A stretch of DNA of 57,876 bases from the NCBI GenBank assembly GCA_031551405.1, contig JAVBNQ010000008.1, forward strand, positions 1 through 57,876, written 5' to 3'. The translations under genes were made by a program, and so were the position numbers. Shown one piece after another: positions 36,144 to 47,100 of this stretch (position 1 is the first letter of the stretch; the number at the start of each line of letters is the position of its first letter). A model generated the notes under the pieces. The model ran no database searches, had not been told where the DNA came from, and saw nothing but the letters and a program-made list of their open reading frames with translations. The DNA is from a bacterium. GTDB lineage: Bacteria; RUG730.

Positions 36144-36890
36144 GTGGGTAAAAAATTAATAGATAAAGTAGCTCTCGTGACTGGATCTGGGCAAGGAATT
36201 GGACGAGAAATCGCGTTGACTCTAGCGGAAGAAGGAGCAAATATCGCAGTAAGTGATGTAAAGACTGAGGTCGCAGAAGAAACCGCAAAATTAATCAGAC
36301 AAAAAGGCGTGAAAGCCGAAGTATACAAGCTGGACGTTTCAAAGCTTAGCATGGTAGAAGAAGTGGTCGGCAAAATCATTGAAGATTTCGGAAAAATAGA
36401 TATTTTAATCAATAATGCCGGAATCACGCGAGATGGACTTTTGATGCGCATGAGCGAAGAAGATTGGGATCTTGTACTTAATATAAATTTGAAGGGAACT
36501 TTTAATTGCACAAAAGCAGTGTCTAGACCAATGATGAAAAATAGATATGGAAAAATTGTCAATATTGCGTCCATCGTTGGAGTAAGAGGAAACGCCGGAC
36601 AAGCGAATTATTCTGCTTCAAAAGGCGGAGTGATTGCGTTAACAAAAACCGCTGCAAAAGAATTGGGCTCGAGAAACATAAATGTAAATGCAATTGCACC
36701 TGGATTTATTGCCACAAAAATGACTGAATTCCTAGATGAGACAGCAAAGGCAAAACTTACAAGCTCAATAGTTTTAGGAAGACTTGGAACAGCAAAAGAT
36801 GTTGCAAACGCATGCTTATTTTTATCTTCAAGCGATTCAGATTATATTACCGGTCAAGCTTTACAGGTTGATGGCGGTATAATAATATAA
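36144..36890 (+). CDS. fabG: 3-oxoacyl-ACP reductase
   Basis: TGSGQGIG, NNAGITRD, NYSASK and APGFI motifs. Start moved to the GTG at 36144 after the AGGAG RBS. Confidence 0.96.
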   Translation: MGKKLIDKVALVTGSGQGIGREIALTLAEEGANIAVSDVKTEVAEETAKLIRQKGVKAEVYKLDVSKLSMVEEVVGKIIEDFGKIDILINNAGITRDGLLMRMSEEDWDLVLNINLKGTFNCTKAVSRPMMKNRYGKIVNIASIVGVRGNAGQANYSASKGGVIALTKTAAKELGSRNINVNAIAPGFIATKMTEFLDETAKAKLTSSIVLGRLGTAKDVANACLFLSSSDSDYITGQALQVDGGIII

Positions 36891-36913
36891 AAAAATAAAA
36901 GGAGGGTGGAATT

Positions 36914-37156
36914 ATGGCTCCATCGATAGAAGAAAGAGTAAAATCAGTAATAGTTGAACAATTAGGCGTTGATGCTTCAATGGTCACTATGGATGCGTCC
37001 TTCATTAACGATTTTGGCGCAGATTCTTTAGACACTGTTGAATTAGTCATGGCTCTTGAAGAAGAGTTTGATTTAGAAATTTCTGACGAAGACGCAGAAA
37101 AAATGGACACTGTAGGAAGAGTTGTTAACTATATCAAATCTCACAAAGGTGAATAA
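36914..37156 (+). CDS. acpP: Acyl carrier protein
   Basis: [18 protein letters not shown] with the phosphopantetheine Ser; GGAGG RBS. Confidence 0.97.
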   Translation: MAPSIEERVKSVIVEQLGVDASMVTMDASFINDFGADSLDTVELVMALEEEFDLEISDEDAEKMDTVGRVVNYIKSHKGE

Positions 37157-37163
37157 TTTTTGA

Positions 37164-37200
37164 ATAGAAAAGTAGCGCAATCTTAGCGCTGCTTTTCTAT
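37164..37200 (+). terminator. Hairpin/terminator after acpP
   Basis: ATAGAAAAGTAGCGC-N7-GCGCTGCTTTTCTAT inverted repeat. Confidence 0.7.
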
Positions 37201-37413
37201 AAAAAAAAACCGAACGATATAATCCAATTTTAATTTTTTTTGTTTTTTTATTTGGCCCGTGATCAAAAAAATTCAAGTTTTGATATAACAAACTGAATTT
37301 TAACTAATTATAATTACCTAAATTTTCGCCTATTTTTTCCATTGTTAAAAGAACAAAACTTTTAATCTAATGAGACTGTCAGCATTTTTAGTCTCTATCA
37401 AAGGATTGATATT

Positions 37414-38658
37414 ATGAAGACAAAAAGAGTTGTAATTACTGGAATTGGAGTGGTTTCTCCAGTAGGGATTGGATTAGAAAATTATTGGAAGGCCCTTATA
37501 AACGGGGTTAATGGCGTTGGATATATTACTGCATTTGATACAACTGATTATCCAGTAAAAATCGCTGCAGAAGTCAAAAACTTCAACCCAGAAGATTACA
37601 TCGAAGACAAAAAGAAAATAAAAAGGATGGATAAATTTGTACACTACGGAATGGCCGCTGCAAGATTGGCCATCGAGGATTCAAATTTAAATATTGCATC
37701 TTTAGACAAATATCGAATCGGATCGATTTTAGGTGTAGGAATCGGAGGAATCGGGACGATTGAAACGCAGCACACGATTTTATTAGAAAAAGGTCCTCGG
37801 AGGGTTTCTCCTTTTTTGATACCAATGCTTATTACCAATATTTTACCAGGCGAAATAGCGATTGAGTACGGAATAAAAGGTAAAAATTTTGCAACAACGT
37901 CGGCTTGCGCTAGTTCAAATCACGCTATCGGAGAAGCTTTACGTGCAATTCGCTATGGAGATCTCGATGTTGTAATTACCGGCGGCGCAGAATCTGCAGT
38001 CACCCCTCTTGCAATCTCTGGATTTACGTCTATAAAGGCCTTGTCATCTAGAAATGACGATCCGAAAAAAGCTTCCAGACCTTTTGACAAAGAACGCGAT
38101 GGATTTGTAATGGGAGAAGGAGCTGCTGTTTTGGTTTTGGAAAGCTTGGAGCATGCGGAAAAACGTGGTGCGAAAATATATGCTGAACTCAAAGGCTATG
38201 GCGCGACAGACGATGCCTACCACATCACAGCGCCTGATCCTGAAGGTTCTGCCGGGATTCGCTGCGTCCAAAATGCTTTGGCAGACGCAGAAGTAGACAT
38301 AAGTGAAGTTGATTATATTAATGCCCATGGTACTTCTACTGGCTTAAACGATGCTTCTGAAACAAATATTTTCAAAAAAGTTTTTGGCGAAAAAGCATAT
38401 AAAATCCCTCTCTCTTCAACAAAATCCATGACTGGACATTTACTTGGAGCTGCAGGAGCTGCGGAACTGATTGCTTGCATAATGACGCTCAAAACCGGAA
38501 TTATTCACCCTACAATCAACTACGAATTTCCTGATCCGGAATGCGACTTGGATTATGTCCCAAACACGAGACGCGAGAACCAGAATGTGAAAATTGCAAT
38601 TTCAAATTCCTTGGGTTTCGGCGGACATAACTCTACTTTAGTCGTAAAAAAAATCTAA
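37414..38658 (+). CDS. fabF: 3-oxoacyl-ACP synthase II
   Basis: SACAS (Cys), SRPFD..RDGFVMGEG, NAHGTST, KSMTGHLLGAAG and NSLGFGGHN motifs. Confidence 0.97.
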   Translation: MKTKRVVITGIGVVSPVGIGLENYWKALINGVNGVGYITAFDTTDYPVKIAAEVKNFNPEDYIEDKKKIKRMDKFVHYGMAAARLAIEDSNLNIASLDKYRIGSILGVGIGGIGTIETQHTILLEKGPRRVSPFLIPMLITNILPGEIAIEYGIKGKNFATTSACASSNHAIGEALRAIRYGDLDVVITGGAESAVTPLAISGFTSIKALSSRNDDPKKASRPFDKERDGFVMGEGAAVLVLESLEHAEKRGAKIYAELKGYGATDDAYHITAPDPEGSAGIRCVQNALADAEVDISEVDYINAHGTSTGLNDASETNIFKKVFGEKAYKIPLSSTKSMTGHLLGAAGAAELIACIMTLKTGIIHPTINYEFPDPECDLDYVPNTRRENQNVKIAISNSLGFGGHNSTLVVKKI

Positions 38659-38659
38659 A

Positions 38660-39367
38660 ATGGATCCGCTGACAAAACTCGAAAGCGATCTGGGCATAAG
38701 TTTTGAAAACAAAGAATTTTTGAATTTAGCTTTGATGCACAAATCTTACAGTTCTGAACAAAAGTTTGAATCGTACGTTAATAATGAAAGACTTGAATTT
38801 TTGGGAGATTCTGTTTTATCTTTGGCAATATCGACATATTTATATAAAAACTTTTCAACTTCTCATGAGGGAGAATTGTCAAAATTACGCTCGAAATTGG
38901 TTTCAAAAGAGAATTGTTATTTTTGGGCGAAAGAATTGGGATTGGGAACATACTTGAAACTCGGAGTTGGAGAAGAAAAATCAAAAGGTAGACAAAGAAT
39001 TTCGAATTTAGCAAATGTTTTTGAAGCCCTGATTGGCGCGATTTACCTCGACAAAGGATTCCAAGTAGCTGAAAATTTTGTCCTTGCAAAATTAGAAAAT
39101 TTTAAACTTGAATCTCTAGATGAGGATTATAAATCGAAATTACAAGAAACTTTACAAACTTTATTTAAACTTCCGCCCACCTACAAAATCGTCCGCGAAT
39201 CCGGTCCGGCCCACAAAAAAACCTTTAAAATACAAGTAGAAATTAACAAAATTGTTTTAGGAATAGGTCAAGAAAACAGCAAAAAAAAAGCAGAACAATT
39301 AGCTGCAAAAGATGCCTTGTTAAACGGTAGGTACCTTGATTTATGTAAGGAGACTTCAGATGAATAA
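38660..39367 (+). CDS. rnc: Ribonuclease III
   Basis: NERLEFLGDSVL signature, FEALIGAIYLD and a dsRBD (DYKSKLQE..GPAH..F..SKKKAEQ.AA). Confidence 0.97.
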   Translation: MDPLTKLESDLGISFENKEFLNLALMHKSYSSEQKFESYVNNERLEFLGDSVLSLAISTYLYKNFSTSHEGELSKLRSKLVSKENCYFWAKELGLGTYLKLGVGEEKSKGRQRISNLANVFEALIGAIYLDKGFQVAENFVLAKLENFKLESLDEDYKSKLQETLQTLFKLPPTYKIVRESGPAHKKTFKIQVEINKIVLGIGQENSKKKAEQLAAKDALLNGRYLDLCKETSDE

Positions 39368-40964
39368 TGGTTTGAGTTTAGTAGCTAAACTTAGAAATGG
39401 CGACGCAAAAAATTTGAACTCGCAGAACATTTTAATTGATAAAGAAGACGTAAAAAACGCGCTTTTGGATTTTACAAACGAATATTTTGTTGTGGAGAAC
39501 AAAAATAATATCGCTCTCGTAAAAAAACAAAATTTTTCAGAAAATGATGCTTCAATTGTGGTTGGTTTTCTGCCGAAATTCTCGATACAAAATTTTGGAA
39601 GCGAAGAATTTAAAAAAGCTTACAATTTAGATTACGCCTATATGGCCGGGTCGATGGCAAACGAAATTTCGAGCACTGAAATGGTAATAAACTTTGGAAA
39701 AGAAGGATTTTTGTGTTCATTTGGCTCAGGGGGAGTCTCTCCCAAAAAAGTCGAGGAAGCAATCCAAAAAATTCAAACAAATCTTAAAAATAAGCCTTTT
39801 TGTTTTAATTTAATTCATTCACCGTATGAGCCTGATATGGAGCAAAAAATTGTAGATCTATATCTTAAATACAACATTAATGTAATTGAAGCTTCGGCGT
39901 TCATAAATTTGACGCAAAGTTTAGTTTATTACAGAGTTGCCGGTCTAGAAGAAATTAACGGAAAAATTAATATAAAAAACAAAGTGATTGCAAAAATTTC
40001 TCGAGATAAAATCGCAAGAAGATTTATGGAACCGGCTCCTGAAAAAATTGTAAAAAAATTATTGGAGCAAAACTTGATCACGGAAAAGCAAGCTGAGCTC
40101 GCGAAAAAGGTTCCAATGGCAGACGACATTACGGTCGAAGCAGATTCTGGAGGACACACAGATAATAGACCGCTCGTCAATATTTATGGAATTATACGTG
40201 ATTTGCGCGACGACGTTCAGAAAATTTACAATTACGAGACCAAACTACGAGTCGGGGTCGGCGGCGGAATAGGTACGCCTGAATCAATGCTTGCTGCATT
40301 CATGATGGGAGCAGATTATGTCGTAACGGGATCTATCAACCAAAGCTGCGTGGAAGCCGGAACTTCTGAAACCGTAAAAAAATCGCTTTGTGAATCAGAA
40401 GTGACGGATGTCGACATGGCACCTGCTGCAGACATGTTTGAGATGGGAGTAAATGTTCAGGTCCTCAAAAAAAATACGCTTTATCCGATTCGAGCAAAAA
40501 AATTATACGATTTGTACTCGAGATATAATTCGTTAGATGAGATTCCAAAAGACGAATTAGAAAAAATCGAAACACAATTTTTTCAAAAAAAAGTCGACGA
40601 AATTTGGGATGAAACACAAGAATTTTTTAAAAAACGAAATGGAGCTGAAGTTTTAGAAAGAGCGGAAAAAGACGCAAAAAAGAAAATGGCTCTAATTTTC
40701 AGATGGTACTTAGGTTTGTCGCCGTATTGGGCTCGAAAAGACGATGCTTTGCGAAAAAATGATTTCCAAATATGGTGCGGACCATCGATGGGCGCATTCA
40801 ACAATTGGGTAAAAGGAACGAGCCTTGCAGATGTACAAAACAGACGAGTTGCAGATGTTGCGAAAAAACTAATGAATGCTACAGTCTATTTATTCAGACT
40901 AAACTTACTAAAATCTTTCGGAATAAAAATAAATGATAATTTTTACGAAAAATACGAAATTTAA
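39360..40964 (+). CDS. pfaD: PfaD-family enoyl reductase (stand-alone)
   Basis: YMAGSMANEISS, FNLIHSP, IEASAF, IAKISR, EADSGGHTDNRP, GGGIGTP, MAPAADMFEMGV.VQVLK, FRWYLG and QIWCGP.MGAFN.W motifs. Start at the ATG at 39360 after AAGGAG. Confidence 0.92.
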   Translation: MNNGLSLVAKLRNGDAKNLNSQNILIDKEDVKNALLDFTNEYFVVENKNNIALVKKQNFSENDASIVVGFLPKFSIQNFGSEEFKKAYNLDYAYMAGSMANEISSTEMVINFGKEGFLCSFGSGGVSPKKVEEAIQKIQTNLKNKPFCFNLIHSPYEPDMEQKIVDLYLKYNINVIEASAFINLTQSLVYYRVAGLEEINGKINIKNKVIAKISRDKIARRFMEPAPEKIVKKLLEQNLITEKQAELAKKVPMADDITVEADSGGHTDNRPLVNIYGIIRDLRDDVQKIYNYETKLRVGVGGGIGTPESMLAAFMMGADYVVTGSINQSCVEAGTSETVKKSLCESEVTDVDMAPAADMFEMGVNVQVLKKNTLYPIRAKKLYDLYSRYNSLDEIPKDELEKIETQFFQKKVDEIWDETQEFFKKRNGAEVLERAEKDAKKKMALIFRWYLGLSPYWARKDDALRKNDFQIWCGPSMGAFNNWVKGTSLADVQNRRVADVAKKLMNATVYLFRLNLLKSFGIKINDNFYEKYEI

Positions 40965-41670
40965 TCTTCCCAAAATAATTTTCACTCCACTCGTCATAAT
41001 TCTATTCTTTTCGCACGTTTTTTCAGAACCGCATATCCCTGCAAAATTAATCGACACTCCAATGAATAGCTTCCTAGATAGCGCAGAATTTTTTTACGAA
41101 GCCCTCGTTTATCAAAACGGCGGAATCGTAAACTATTTTGACGTTGGGATAATGCCATATCTAAACGTCGGAGTTTCGCTAGATCTTTACAGGTTCATCG
41201 GGGACGAAGATGCAAAAACCAGAGATCCTAAAATTTCTGCAAGACTCGAGATTTTTCCCGGGAATTTACATTTTCCGGCAATTAGCGTTGGATATCTCGG
41301 ACAAGGCTACGGAAAATTATACAAAAACGAATATCAAAACTCCGAGAAAGGATTTTATGTTTTGGCTGAGCGCGAGCTTTTTTTGGTCGATCTCATTTGG
41401 GATTTTGGACTCAACATTAAAGATTTTGGTGGAGATTCAAAACTTTATGGATTTATCAATGCCCGCTATTTTTTGATGCAAAAAATTTTGATAATGTGCG
41501 AATATGACTCGATTCGAACCACTCCAAACTCTAGCCTAAATTTGGGATTTAGATTTTACATTTCCGAAAATTTTAATATTGGAATTGGAGTCAAAGGATT
41601 GAATAAATTGGACGATAAAGACGTAAAATTGGAACGCGTTTTGTTTGTAAATTATAGCTCAAAGTTCTGA
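40933..41670 (+). CDS. Putative outer-membrane beta-barrel protein (YjbH-like)
   Basis: Signal-like N-terminus, LIDTP motif, alternating strands and a terminal Phe. Confidence 0.55.
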   Translation: MIIFTKNTKFNLPKIIFTPLVIILFFSHVFSEPHIPAKLIDTPMNSFLDSAEFFYEALVYQNGGIVNYFDVGIMPYLNVGVSLDLYRFIGDEDAKTRDPKISARLEIFPGNLHFPAISVGYLGQGYGKLYKNEYQNSEKGFYVLAERELFLVDLIWDFGLNIKDFGGDSKLYGFINARYFLMQKILIMCEYDSIRTTPNSSLNLGFRFYISENFNIGIGVKGLNKLDDKDVKLERVLFVNYSSKF

Positions 41671-41676
41671 GGAAAA

Positions 41677-43095
41677 TTGATGAAGAGTGAAGTCATCGTC
41701 GCTATTAGCACGGCTCTCGGAAAAGGAGCGATTGGCGTCATTCGTCTGAGCGGAAATGAGCTTTTCGAAATAATCAAAAAATTCGTCGTTTTTCCAAAAA
41801 ATGTTGACGAGCCTGAGTCTCACAAATTGTATTTGGCAAAAATCGTTGATGGCGAAGATTTTATCGACGACGTAATGTTTGTTTTGATGCGAAATCCAAG
41901 ATCGTACACCGGCGAGGATGTTGCAGAAATTTCAGCTCACAACAATTTGCATATTTTAAATAAAATTTTGGCTTTGGCGATAAAGTTCGGCGCCAGAATC
42001 GCAAAGCCCGGAGAATTTACAGAACGCGCTTTTTTGAACGGGAAAATGGATTTGTCGCAAGCAGAAGCAGTTGCAGAAATTTTGAGCGCAGAAAGCGAGT
42101 TTGCGGAAAAAATCGCAGCAAAACAATTACAAGGCAGGCTCTCGGATCTAATCGCAAATTTTCGAGGCAAAACGCTAGATATTTTGAGTAATGTCGAAGT
42201 CATGCTTGATCACGACGACGTGTTTGAATTTAACAGGCAAAAGTTAGCTCAAGAAATTCGTTTTTTGAATGCAGAATTGGAACAAAAAATTAGCGTCGGA
42301 AGAAGAGCGAGTCGTTTCTATCAAGGCCTAAAAATAGCATTAGTTGGACGGCCAAATGTCGGAAAATCGAGTCTCCTCAATGCAATCGTTGACCAAGAAA
42401 AAGCTATTGTGAGCGATTTGCCGGGGACAACGCGCGATCCTGTCGAAGTCGAGATCGAGCACAAAAGCATAAAAATTAAAATTATCGATACTGCCGGTAT
42501 GAAAACCGAGCGCGAGCTGGCAAGCGACGAGCAAAAATTTAGCGATTTTGTAAAAATAGAGAAACTCGGAATTAGAAAAACTAAAGAATTTATTGAAAAC
42601 GTTGATTATATTTTTTCGATTTTTGATTTGTCGAACGAAAACGAAAATTTTGAATTAATTTTTAAAGAAGTTGAAAAGCAAATTCGCGAAAATAAAGTAA
42701 TCGTCGTAGGCAACAAAAAAGACAAAAAATCTGAGAAAATTTACGAAAATTTGAAAAATTTCGCAGACAAGCTTGGCATAAAAAAATTTGTTGAAATTTC
42801 TGCTCTAAAAAAAGAAAATATCGAATGTTTGTTGGATTGTTGCATTAACGATTTTTTGGAATCGCGAGAGATTTTTGAAAATAGTTTTGTTTTAAATGTT
42901 CGTTATGAAAAAATTTTTTCTGAAATAGAAAAAAGCCTGAAAACTGCCGCAGAAAACCTGGATTCTTCCGAAGCATTAGAAATTGTTGCAATGGATTTGA
43001 GAAGAGCAGTGGATTTGTTTGGTCAAATTTTGGGGCTCGACGTCAGCGAAGAAATTTTAAACAGAATTTTCAGTAATTTTTGCGTCGGGAAATAA
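41677..43095 (+). CDS. mnmE: tRNA modification GTPase MnmE
   Basis: AISTA.G.GAIGVIRLSG, SYTGED, PGEFTERAFLNGK.DL.QAEA, GRPNVGKSS, GTTRD, DTAG, NKKD and the FCVGK terminus. Confidence 0.97.
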   Translation: MMKSEVIVAISTALGKGAIGVIRLSGNELFEIIKKFVVFPKNVDEPESHKLYLAKIVDGEDFIDDVMFVLMRNPRSYTGEDVAEISAHNNLHILNKILALAIKFGARIAKPGEFTERAFLNGKMDLSQAEAVAEILSAESEFAEKIAAKQLQGRLSDLIANFRGKTLDILSNVEVMLDHDDVFEFNRQKLAQEIRFLNAELEQKISVGRRASRFYQGLKIALVGRPNVGKSSLLNAIVDQEKAIVSDLPGTTRDPVEVEIEHKSIKIKIIDTAGMKTERELASDEQKFSDFVKIEKLGIRKTKEFIENVDYIFSIFDLSNENENFELIFKEVEKQIRENKVIVVGNKKDKKSEKIYENLKNFADKLGIKKFVEISALKKENIECLLDCCINDFLESREIFENSFVLNVRYEKIFSEIEKSLKTAAENLDSSEALEIVAMDLRRAVDLFGQILGLDVSEEILNRIFSNFCVGK

Positions 43096-43125
43096 ATAAA
43101 ACTGCATAAAAAACCTGAAAATTTT

Positions 43126-43875
43126 TAGGGGCTGACATCTAATAAAGTTTTATTCAAGTCGAAAAAAAGATTTTGGTTTTCTAAAACTTTTCAATTTCCG
43201 TATTTTTTCTCTTTTCTTCTTATTTATATGTCTGCATAGCGAAGAGAAGATGGAAAAAATTGAAAAAAATCGTTTAAAATTTCTAAACTTGTTTGAGCCC
43301 CTTTTTGGGCTGCGAGTATCTTTAGAAATTTAGATTTTTTGAAAATTTTTTACCTATCTCTGAGGTCGAGCAGACTAGCGTTTTTTGTTTCTTTTTTGAG
43401 CAATGTCAAAAAAGAAAGATAAAAGAACGCCACGCTCGGAAAAAATGAAAATCCTCACGTGTGGACGGAAAAATCAAAAAATTTTGTCGAAGCAAAAAAC
43501 GAGAAGATTTTGTTTTGGTCTTTGTTTTTTGTTTTGCGATTGAAAAAGATAAGTAAAAACTTTTCAATTTCCATCTAAATCCTAAAGACAGCCATCTTGC
43601 TTTTGACAAAAAGTTTATCAAATTTATTTGTTACTTTTCTTTGCTTATCCAAAGCAAAAGTAACCAAAAGAAACGACAGCCCGTTACTCGCGAGATAGGA
43701 ACCAAAATTTTTAACGCTTTTTCAAAATTTTGTCTCACTTTCGCTCATAAAAGGGCACTTTAAAAAATTACACCAATTTTTAGAGACAAAGCGAAAAATT
43801 TTAACGAATGCCCACCCGGCAACGACATCGGCTACAAATCTCAGCAAATTAAATATAATTAGGTGTCAGCCTCTA
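43126..43875. mobile_element. 750-bp non-coding MITE-like element with 18-bp imperfect terminal inverted repeats
   Basis: TAGGGGCTGACATCTAAT (43126-43143) versus the reverse complement of 43858-43875, TAGAGGCTGACACCTAAT: 16/18 identity with TA at both ends. The interior holds repeat copy C (~43205-43510) and an inverted related module (~43630-43756). No transposase. Confidence 0.6.
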
Positions 43876-43984
43876 TTTTATTTTCAATTTCACTCTTAAT
43901 TAGCTTCAAAAAGTGTCCTAGCTAAATTCCCCTCCATTTTTATTTGCCACAAAACTAAAACCTGTTTTTCTCCACGCTTAATTT

Positions 43985-44074
43985 CTTAACAAAATCTTAA
44001 CAACCTCTTAAAACACTATTAACAAAAAATTCGTGATTTTTTCGCTTCTACAAAAAACACTCTTCTTGTATAAT
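43985..44074 (+). promoter_or_regulatory. Four direct repeats with 11-bp period plus a TATAAT -10 upstream of the giant gene
   Basis: CTTAACAA (43985), CTTAACAA (43996), CTTAAAAC (44007), ATTAACAA (44018); TATAAT at 44069-44074 with a poor -35. Confidence 0.5.
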
Positions 44075-44111
44075 AAATTAAAATATTAAAATAAAAATAT
44101 GGAGAAATGCC

Positions 44112-47100
44112 GTGTTTAAAAAAATAAAAAAACTTATCTCTATTACTTTATTGTTCTGCTTTTTTATAAGCTTATTTAATAATTTTAGTTACGGCGTCGG
44201 TCTTGGGATTTTTGATCCAGCCAAACCAGATTTTAGCACTACAAAAATCTTAAACCTGCATGAAAATTTTGGACAAATAATTGAATCTTATGATGGTACT
44301 TCAGATCAAAAGATTTTTGTGATAGAAGACTTGCATTGCGACGAAGGAGTTCAACGAAATATCTCTCAGATTATACGGCAAATGAAAAAAGATTACGGTT
44401 CAGATTTTACATCAATCGGGATAGAAGGAAGTTCCGGAGAAATCGACGTAAGAGTTTTTGGTGTTTTGCCGGATCCCGAAATAAAAATGGCTGTGATCCA
44501 AAAATATATATCGAAAGGTTATATAAATGGCGCAGAATTGTATGCTATAGAACACTACGACAAACACAGTATGGATCTATACGGCATCGAAAATCAAAAT
44601 TTACACGACGAAGACTTGGTTTTGCTATTTGAGAATTTAACATACAACGAGAAAGTAAAAAAAATTTTGCAAGATTTACAAAAAGACATCAATGAAGCAA
44701 AAATTTATTTGTACACAGACGAGTTAAAAAAATATGAAACAGACGCGAAAAAATTTGAAACAAAAAAATACAATTTCACAAAATTTATAGAGTTTTTGAA
44801 AAAAAATGCAGAATCGAATGGAATAAATTTAAATCAAAATTATCCAAATTTACAAACTTTTTTGAAAATAGAAGTTTTGAAAAAAGAAATAAATGAGATT
44901 ATTTTACAAGAAGAATTAAAAATTATTACAAAAAAATTAGATTTAAAAATTAACGAAAATTTTAACAATGCTTATGAGCTTGGAAATTTCGTGATGAGAA
45001 TTTTAAAACAAAAACATATTTCTTTAACTCCGGAGTTTAAAGAGCTCAACAAATTTTTTCTTTTTAAAGAGATGAATTCTAACTTGGATGCTCTAGAACT
45101 TTTGGACGAAATAGATCTTTTAGACTTTGAAATTAAAGAAAAAATAGCCGATGATAGAAAAGATTGCGGAAAATTGTTAAAAATTGAACGCTACTCAAAC
45201 CTACTGCTAAAATATTTAAACAACGAAACAAGCAAAACTCAAACAGAACTTTTGGCAGCCAATATCGAAGATCTATATATGCTAATGCAAGGATTTGGAA
45301 ATTTATTAAGCTGCGAAAACGTCTTTCTAAAGCATTTGGCGGAAATAAAAAAATCTCACGAAAAAATGAAAACTTTTTACAAAATAGCCGATAAACGTGA
45401 AGAACTTATACTAAAAAATATACTCCGTCACGATGCGCAAGGTAAAATAAAAGCTCTAATCGTAGGCGGTTATCACTCGCGAGGAATCGCAGAATATCTC
45501 CGCGGACGCAGCATAAGCTATGAAATCATAAGGCCAAGCATTACTTCATCTTTTGACAAAAAAATTTATTTAAACAGGCTGGAAGAGGAATACAACCGCA
45601 TCGTTGAAAAAGATTTACTTATTAAGTCTAAAAATCTGCACGAATTAAAACCTGACAAATTGATGGTTGAAAGTATTTTTACAGAAGAAGAAGCCTTTAG
45701 TCTGGATAAATTGCAAACGATTTTAAATATTGTTGTCGAAGAATATGCAAAAAAATTTGGAGAAAAAAGCAAAACAGAAGTATTAAAATTTCTAGAGTCA
45801 TATTTGAACGCTTTAGATGAAAAATCTTTAATGAAACTCGAAGGAAGTAGCTATTTGTGGCAAGGAACAATAGGTGGAAAAACGTATGCTTTGAGTTACG
45901 ATGGGAATGTCGTAATTCTTAAACCTACTGAATATTCGCCGCCAAAACTTTCCGTCGTAGGATGCGCAATGGAGATAGCATCTCTTACGTATGCGGCGGT
46001 TTCTCCGTCTCGAATGCTACTTAGCGCTAGCGCTTTATTTGATAATGCTGAAAGCCTCACCTACTCAATGGACGCTAGGAGTTTAACCGTATCAGCCGAA
46101 TTAACTGCCGACTTTCTGGCTGTCCAAGAAGGTAGTGTCGACTTACACGCCGGGCCGGCTAAGATCGATATTCCAGAGTTTGAGGTTCAAGTTTGGGACA
46201 GACAAATTAAACGTCCGGCTCTAAATCTTTCTAACGGAATTTATTCAGAAATAGACAAAAACAATCATAATAAAAATTGTGTATTTGATTCGGTAATACA
46301 ATATTTGTACTACACATACCAAAGCGGCTCTTTATCTTTAACCGGTCTTAAATATGAAGAAGAACTGCGAGCAGTTTTTGAATATTTAGGCACCGCAGAT
46401 CGTAATCAAATCCTTATTTCAGCTACTCCAATCTCGCGTTTACGAGATAGAGTAGCGCGTGAAGGAGAACAAGGAGGGGTAAGATTTGGATTGGGACAAG
46501 AAATGGGAATATTCGCAGCTATACAAGAGTTAACGAGCCCCGTTTCTGCTATACAACAAACTTCTGCTGAGATAGTGACCCTCGAAGAAATAGAGGAAGA
46601 TGAAGAAGGTTTCGCTGTTATAAATACTGTAAAACCGACAAATCCTCAAGTTATTACTGACGGACCAAAAGCCATTTCCCCTACAGATTCTTCATTAAGT
46701 TCAGATGAAGATCTTGACGATTTCGAAATGGTAGCTCCCAAAGCGCAAGAAGTCTCATCTTCTTTATCTTCGTCTTCAGTTGTTGCTAGACAAAATTTCC
46801 CAGAAATCAAAATCATAGATTCAGCTGGGTTACCTTCCATAAAAACTTTTAAAGAGGAAGGCGCAGCTGGACAAAAAACAATTCATTTTCTCAGACATCG
46901 AAATTCAGGTAATCCAATGATGCCAGAGCACGTCAATCTAACTGCCAAATCATCTTATAATTTAAAATCAATCATTGTAGGGAGAACTAGCTGGTTTGGA
47001 TTAAGTCATCATGCCTACTCATACGTAAAAATTGGTGGCTGCTGGCATAAGTATGATGATCAACAAAATCTGGTTGATACGAAAAACAGCTTGAAGGATT

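Noticed and set aside
39360..40964. PUFA or polyketide biosynthetic cluster
   Set aside because: Only pfaD is present; the neighbours are ordinary FAS-II genes and no multidomain KS/ACP genes occur in the window.
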